Assembly: GCA_021432655.1 (NCBI GenBank)
Contig: MU271204.1
Location: 111,019 to 166,347, forward strand
DNA length: 55,329 nt
Source of the DNA: Atractiella rhizophila
Lineage: Eukaryota
Reading direction: 5' to 3'
Both the position numbers and the translations under genes were made by a program. The stretch's first letter is position 1, and each line of letters opens with the position of its first letter. Positions 48,380-55,329 of this stretch are shown in pieces. Below the pieces are notes generated by a model. The model had not been told where the DNA came from and made no database searches. It saw only the letters and a list, made by a program, of their open reading frames with translations.

Positions 48380-50370
48380 GCCAGAATCCCAAGAACAATA
48401 GCTGTGAGTTACCAGCAGAACTTTGGTAATAGATTGGAATGTAACCTTGAGTTTCCTGTAGACCGCGTCAAATGTAAAGCATGCAACAAAGAATTCGAGA
48501 GTCGAACAACCATTGTCAAAGAACACCTTGCCAATAGTTGTTTGAAGATCAGCCCAGAAGATTGAGAATATTGTGCCAACTTCATTACGATGCACAGCGC
48601 TGGAGAAGCGACTTTGGATTTGGATCCCGACATCATCGAAATTACTCCAGCCCCAGTTTCCAAGACTCACAACGAATTTCAGGCGGGAGTTCTACCTCTT
48701 CTATCTTTGCCAGATTCTGCGCAGCAAGTTTCTTCAAAGGGATCTCAATCAAAAGTCATCCCGTTCACTTTCTAAAAAGCAAAAGACACTCCTTCTGTTC
48801 TGGCCAGCCTTTTTGTCATTGACCCCTTTCCAAAATCTGTTACCTGGATGCATGACAAGAGACTGCTCCTTGCAATGATAGACACTTTAGTATCATTTTC
48901 ACTCGTTAATGACCCATTCTTTCACCAATGGGTGAACGGTATTCAACCAAACTATAGCATGCTTGAAGAAACAGCATTCAGAACAGATCTGTTAACAGAG
49001 CTCTATGCTGACATTCAAAAGAAAAACATAGAGATTCTAAAGACAGCTGACAACATCAGTCTTGGCCTTGACGGATGGGAAGATCAGCAGAAGAGATCCA
49101 TTTACCTCTTGCTTGCAACGGTAAAAGGGCACGATCCTATTATCCTCGAGCTCCAAGATCTCAGTGATGTCCGTCATACTGCTTCCTGTCTGCAACAGTT
49201 TGTTAATGAATCAATTGTTAGAGCTGAAGTTAGTTGGGATGCTGTTTCTTCTCTGTTTACGGATTCACCTTCTACAATGGTAAAGTTACATGTAGATCTT
49301 GAGAAAGAACATCCTTCATTGCTTATCAGGCCATGTTCTCTACATCACTTCGCTCTTTTGATCCGTGATATTTGTAGTTTTGTCGAAGCTTCCGCACTTA
49401 TTAAAGAAAATTCTGCTATTATTCGCTTTTATACAACTTCTCATATTTGGAAAGCCAGATTAGGGGACATACGTAAGCTTGAGAATGTTACCTGTGGCTT
49501 GAGAAGTGAAGTCGCAACAAGATGGTACTATATTGGACATCTCCTCCATACTCTTATTGGTCATGAGTATGATGTCTATAATTTTCACTTACTCATAGAT
49601 CCACTAATGTACATGTTTGTAGTAGGTCTGCTTTCGGAGTGATTAGCATGCATTCAGAGGCAACAGATCGCAAGGGAATGGGTATCAATGCTGATGTCCT
49701 CACTTCACTGTGTTGTATCTCATTCTTCCCAGAGCACAAGCTCCTTCTCCGTGTGTCGGTCTTGTAGTTAATACGATTGGAAAGCTGGAGAGGTCCGACT
49801 GCACATTAGCCGACGTTGCGCTTGAGCTGCTTCATCTTGCAAAGCCCTTTCATCAAATGGATTTGGAGCAAGAGGAAGACCCCGATATCGGCTAGGAGAA
49901 CTTATTCGTCGAGTATGCAGTTTCGTGTTTCAAGAACCGGTTCCATGCCATCGATTCCGACCTCCTTTTCGTCCCCCTTTACCTTCATCCAATGTGCCAT
50001 GGAATCGCCATCTCCCGACGTATAGTGAACTCTTGCAACCTCACCGATGTCAAATCCTTCTTACTTCAACTTTGTGGAGTGCTGGAAGCTTTCCAGCAAA
50101 GCCTCCGCCCTTCTTTGCGACATTGTCGACGAGTCTCATAACTTTGAGGGGAAGTTTGCGGAAACCTCCCTTAATGCCCTGAAGTATTGGGAGAAATTGA
50201 CCCTTCCTCCATCGCAATATCCACTCATTTCTGTCGCCATTCGCATCTTCAGCGTGGTTCCACACGCTCGGGTTGTTGAAAGTACCTTTTCTGTTCTCAG
50301 TCACATTCATACTCAAGATCGCAATCCTCTTACAGTCTCCAAGCTCAAGCAATTGGTCGTGATCAAGTGA
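48380..50370 (+). pseudogene. hAT transposase (BED finger, DUF659-type core, C-terminal dimerisation domain), disrupted
   Basis: RVKCKACNKEF...KEHLANSC; ISLGLDGWED; FTDSPSTM; PCSLHHFALLIRDI; VATRWY; KYWEKL...YPLISVAIRIFSVVPHARVVESTFS.LS.IHT.DRNPL. Stops and frameshifts lie between the pieces. Confidence 0.9.
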
Positions 50371-51444
50371 TGGACCACTTACAACAAGAGAGAGAAAGGA
50401 GAAGGGAAAGTATTTCAACAGAGAAAAGGTGGAAGACAAGACGAGTTGGATACGCAAACCGCTGAGGAGATCGAAGGTTTATTTTTTCCAATTTCTTGAC
50501 GATCTTGCAAGCTATTTACATTAATACCGTAGATTACAACGAGCTGGATATCATTGGAGACCTTGAGGGAGCTGTATCTGCCGATGAGGATCTTGTAACC
50601 AACTTACAGCAGGAGTTGAAGAAGGCAAAGGAGGAAATGGCCGAAGCAACACGACTTGGACGAGAGCACCTTCCCCGACCCTCTGACCGCTATGATCTCA
50701 TCGCTTACGACGCGATGCTTCAGAATGGAACAGCATCTAAGACGACGAGACCGTCGTTGTCGGAACATCAAGGCACTGCAGATTTGGCGCCATGGAATGC
50801 AAATGAAAGTCTTCAAGTGAATCTCGCAAAGTCTCAGCAGCGACATGGCAATGAAGAGCACTTCTCAAGGAGTGAAGGAGGGTCATCTTCTGTGGTACGC
50901 ATTCCTGCAGCTTTCTCGATGGTTCGAAGAGCGGAAGATTCAGGATCAGATGTCATGAGCAAGCGTGCCCGTCTCAATTGATCATTTGAGCCGTAGGAAT
51001 CCCTTTATTATATGCTTCTTTGAAATAAATGATATTGCCTGACTGCTAGATATGCCTACAATCCTCTGAAATTGCAATTTAGCGTTCTGCCCTTCTGCCA
51101 TTCGTATTGCCATCTGCCATGGCAATACCTTATGTTCAGCTACACCTAAATATTGTATTGCCCTTAAGGCTAGGCACAGCGCCATCTGCAAAAAGGCATC
51201 AAAATCTGTAACTAGAATACTAAACTAGGCCTGGGAAATATATCTCGTTACTCTGTCGGCATCTAGCTGAAAAGCTGTGTTGTATGAAGAGTTTGTCATT
51301 AGCTGGATTTGCTTTGGGTTGAAGAAAGTCTCTGGGAGCCCACTGCCTGGAAAATATCTCCTGCATCGTCAATTCCCTATTTCCCTCAATCATAAAAGGT
51401 AGCAGACACATTGAGCCAAAACCTTCCTCATACCTACGTGCCTT

Positions 51445-51640
51445 TCATGCTTCAAACTTCCATGACCGTTCCAGCTTCTGAGAGCAAACAATGTCTCCTT
51501 TAGGCAAGGCACAACAACCCCAGTGCTCCCACTTCACCAAAAACTTCTGCAAGTCCAATCCGTCGATATTCTTTCTGCGAGCAAGGCAGTACACTCGAAT
51601 CAATTCGAGTTCGTACATCCATTCCATGCTATATTCGGTT
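51445..51640 (-). pseudogene. Degenerate chromodomain-like exon
   Basis: EWMYELELIRVYCLARRKNIDGLDLQKFLVKWEHWG resembles the chromodomain YEVE.I...R.....YLVKW.GW. The TWEP motif is missing. Confidence 0.4.
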
Positions 51641-53129
51641 TCTTGTAGCTTCACTAGCTTTGTAAGAGGAATTGATGTCCAGTGAGGGGAATAGACAGAG
51701 TTGTGAAACTGAGTGGGAGAGAAACGCTGGTATCGAGAGTGAGCACTCTCATAGATTGTATTTGTGGCTGGGTAGAGAATATCCACAATGTTCATTTGTA
51801 CTGTCGGCTTAAAAACAGTGCACAGTCAGTGCAGCTTTAGCGAGCATCTAGTTGTACTTCAGTCACAGCTCAGTTATATAGGAGAATAATAGAAATGGAT
51901 TGATTGCACCACAGTCTTTACCCCTAATCTACACAGTGATACTCCCATCGCCATCTCCCCTGTTCCCTCCATAATCCCTCTTTCTCCTCAAACAACGAAT
52001 ATGCCATATTATTGTAGTCTTAACAGTCGAAGTTCCTCTGTTTGGCCTGTACGGTTACCTCCACTACTTCCTCTGCCTATTCTACTAGTACTAGCAACAC
52101 CTTCCTGGTCATTCTGGACCGCCTTGAGTGGTCGAAGAAGCTCCAATATCCTTTTATTGATGGAATTAAATTTCATAATCTAACTCCTACGCCCTACCAT
52201 TCTCAGTTGAGAAACTAGCAACAAAATATGGACTACTCACTTGGTTTTGTAACATATTCTTCCAGTGTTCCGCATTCCAATGATTCTCTTTTGCCATTCT
52301 TTTGACCTCAACCAGCTGTGCCATCATATCCTGCTTGTCGAGCAATGGTCTAAGTTCTTCAACATCCTTCCTCAGTTATGCAACTTCCTCTGAAGCAGAG
52401 CATCCGAGTTCTCTTCGTTGTTCTGAGACTTTCCTGTCCTCTTCTTGTTTGCACCAATCCCATTCACCTGTCCCACTGTCAGGGCAGATGCAAAGATGTA
52501 TGAATGTGACATGTCAGGTCGCATACCTGCAAGAACAATGCTAAGTGGAAATCCTGAGAGAACAAACTAGGTCTCTCAGCGGCATTGTTCTTGCCTATAT
52601 ACATAAAAGCCTGCACAGCTACAAACAACAACTCTAACTCTATCTAAGATAGGGCACAAAGATCATGTGATATCTAGGGCAAAAAAGTTGGGGAAACAGG
52701 AACACAAATAAAGCAACACAAACATAGATTGAGCCCACGTTTCCAAATAGGCTAAAATAGGTGATCCGGGGTCGATCCTGACATCCACCTGCCCCTAGCT
52801 TGAGCAGTGTGAGCCAGATGTCAGATGGTGATGCATTTGTCCAGGTGGGGGACCTTTGCTACAGGGGAGAGGTAGGAAGTGAGAGACCTTGCGGCATGGC
52901 AATATAGGAGCGATACCACAGTCTTGCAGGGGTGGACAAGGAAGATGGCTGTTAGTAAAAGGAGGAAGATGGTCGTTGGTAGGAAGAGGAATAGCAACGT
53001 CATGACCCTGTCGTGACGTTAGAATGAAAGTGTCGCCTTTCGCAGAGAAGGTGGAGGGAGGTAATGAAGGGTAGAACGAGTGGGCTCTGTGGAAATCAAT
53101 GTTTTTCGGCTTCAAGGGCTTTCTCCTTC

Positions 53130-53820
53130 AACATGGTGGGCACAGGATCTGTATGCTGTTATAACCTCTCTAAGAATGCTTTCAAGTACTCGCCTCCACC
53201 ATTGTACATCCTAATCCAGCATGTCAATCCTGTTGAAAGGAAGAAACAGGACTCACAAAAATGGCATTGCTACCACCACCATCCTCCAGCCAAGCCTCAA
53301 CCAGACTCTAAGCCAGCCTCCCTACATAGTTAAAGTTGAGAAGTAACGGTGTCAGCATCACATCCATCAAATCCGCATATGCCTCCTTCCATCACTTACA
53401 CAATTGTTGCGTAACCTTCGCACCACTCACTACAGCTTGAAGCAGCTCCCCAATCGCTTCTCATGAAACCACATTCTTCCATTTCTTCAGAACAGTGTCT
53501 CCTCACCAAGGCTGTTATGGCACAGCATATCCCCTCGAGGATTGTTTCGTAAGTCTTCAGAGGTGTAATCGTCCTCATCTACATCGATCGGGAGGTTGAT
53601 ATTACATTTTGCAGATGTTATAGTGACGAGAAGATGTTTTATTAGGGATTGTACGAGTGTTTTGCAGCCAATAGCAGGCATGGCAGAGAGGTAGGACACC
53701 ATCTTCGATAAATGCAGCCAGTGCTTTGAGGCTGATGAAACAATTATTGTCAGCAACCATTCCCTTGAGCTCACCTATTGTCCTCTTAGTTTCAAATAGC
53801 AGAGAGTGTCGTGTCAAACA
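53130..53820 (-). pseudogene. Heavily decayed hAT transposase fragment
   Basis: LKGMVADN, a following LCHACYWL segment in the CxxH position, KL..VVRRLRN, and RYFSTLTM (cf. RWNSTL.M), in hAT order with many stops. Confidence 0.4.
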
Positions 53821-54026
53821 AAGTACAGACTAATTGATTCCTTAATGCTGTCAGGCATGGAGGTGGAGTTGTTCTGCTTCTTGAGCAACTTGTTCTGGCT
53901 GGGCCTGATCCCCTGAAGTGGGTCATTTAGGAGCTTTGCTCATATGCCGAGCAATCCTATCCTATCATTCTTCCATCCTATCCTCTAAGATCCATCAGTT
54001 CTTGGCATGAGTCATAGGACACACTT

Positions 54027-54960
54027 TTGAGCCCTCATACCTCCTGCTATGTGTTTGCCATTCTCTCATTCCTTGGCTTTGACATACACATCAGAGCAAA
54101 GCACCGTCATACCTTTTTTATACTGGGTGTCTCTGGTCCCAACAGTCCAGTCGACATTCAATCATTCTTTCTCCCATTCTATAGTGTGATGGCGAAGTTG
54201 AGTGGAGCATTGTGGATGTGGGAGTACTCTTCTTGGAAGTGGTTTGTTTGGAAGCTTGGCTTATTAACAAGTTGGATAAGTTATCTTACACTTTTTTTTT
54301 GGCACTCTAATGTTGACACAGGTGATATGCTGGGTTCTGTGAAAGCCAACAGCTGCACAAGCCATCAGGGGAAGTGTGGTTGTCAATTTTGCAAGAGATG
54401 ACACTGAACTCATTTTCGACTTGACCATGGGGATCAACAAGCAGGGATTTCGTCCTGAGCCGTGGCACCTGACGCTGCAGGTGCGAGAGGAGTTCGGAAA
54501 CATGGTTGATATTCCCTATGCCTTTTTCCAAGCAGCTCCACGGAACACCCACCGATTCCGAAACACCCAGTATAAAGTGCATGAATAGTGGGATGTTTTC
54601 AGTTGGCTCCTGGGTCCCTGCCTATTCCTTCAAGGATTCCCTTTCAAAGTCATTTACCTTCTTGATTTGTTATATCTGCAGCTGCCGACTGGCTTGGCAA
54701 TGTGAAATTAGCAAGCAGGAGCCGCTGGAGATTCAGCAACTTTTGCGTCTTTCTTTACAGGCTGGAAGGAATCATACGTTCACAGCGTTCCGACCTGTCT
54801 TAGTCGTATGCCTATGTACATCCACCACCTCTTGCACATTGCTCTGATGTTGGCTTAATCGTAGTTTCTGATGGAGGGAATGATTGGATTCCTTAAGAAA
54901 CGAATCAATCAGGACAACTGGTATCAAGAGAACCTGCTTAACCAAGCCCTGCTCTTGGTG
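54027..54960 (+). pseudogene. CACTA/CMC-EnSpm transposase fragment
   Basis: LGVSGPNSPVDIQSFFLPFY.VMAKL...LWMWE.....WF...GDMLGSVK.NSCTSHQGKCGCQFC and a later TGIK. This matches the Tnp2/Transposase_21 pattern GP..P.D..SFL.P...EL..L...GD.PA..K..G..GH.G..GCR.C. Confidence 0.75.
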
Positions 54961-55329
54961 CACTAAAGGCACTGAATATTCTTACACATGAGCACTGACC
55001 GCAACACTAACACGCACCAGAAGCACAAAACTGGCACTGCTGCGGAGCCAAAAATCGGCCCTAAACCACCTACAAGCCACACCGTTTTGAGCGCTAGTGC
55101 CTTGAGTGACTCGCCTGCACTGGACCCGCTCTGCAACGTTCCACGGATATTGAACTTCAACCAAGCCTCAAAAAGTCGGTGGGCATGACTCACACTAAAC
55201 CCCTTGGTTCATTGGGGGCCACTGTTTGATAGATTTTTTTTCATCCATGGTTCGGGCACTCCATATCTTGTTTCTTTCACCTTGCTGGATCCGACAGGTC
55301 TTACAGAGTGTTTGGGGATGGCAAGGTGC

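Noticed and set aside
51226..52797. Complete hAT element bounded by taggcctgg and gccccta
   Set aside because: Only TAGG matches between the ends and there is no 8-bp TSD.

Overview
Eukaryotic DNA, most likely a basidiomycete fungus. This is inferred from 45-57 nt GT-AG introns, a Zn(II)2Cys6 gene and basidiomycete-type transposon families. The window is largely a nested transposon graveyard. It holds an internally deleted Helitron, a Tc1/IS630-type element with TIRs, a pogo fragment, at least five hAT remnants plus a complete hAT MITE, a CACTA/EnSpm fragment, a decayed P-element-like transposase, a cluster of Ty1/copia pieces and solo LTR-like repeats. Copies are decayed mainly at CpG sites. 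Host-like genes are few: a chimeric Edc4-like WD40/F-box locus (3.3-6.8 kb) and a spliced transcription factor combining Zn2Cys6, an AT-hook-like motif, a GATA finger and 7 x 41-aa repeats (40.5-42.8 kb, minus). The best candidates for something new are (i) a gag-only copia-type LTR element whose primer-binding position is complementary to its own R region (candidate self-priming), (ii) the Zn2Cys6-GATA repeat protein, (iii) the fungal P-like transposase and (iv) the WD40-to-F-box chimera. All family calls come from motif recognition by eye; no database searches were run.
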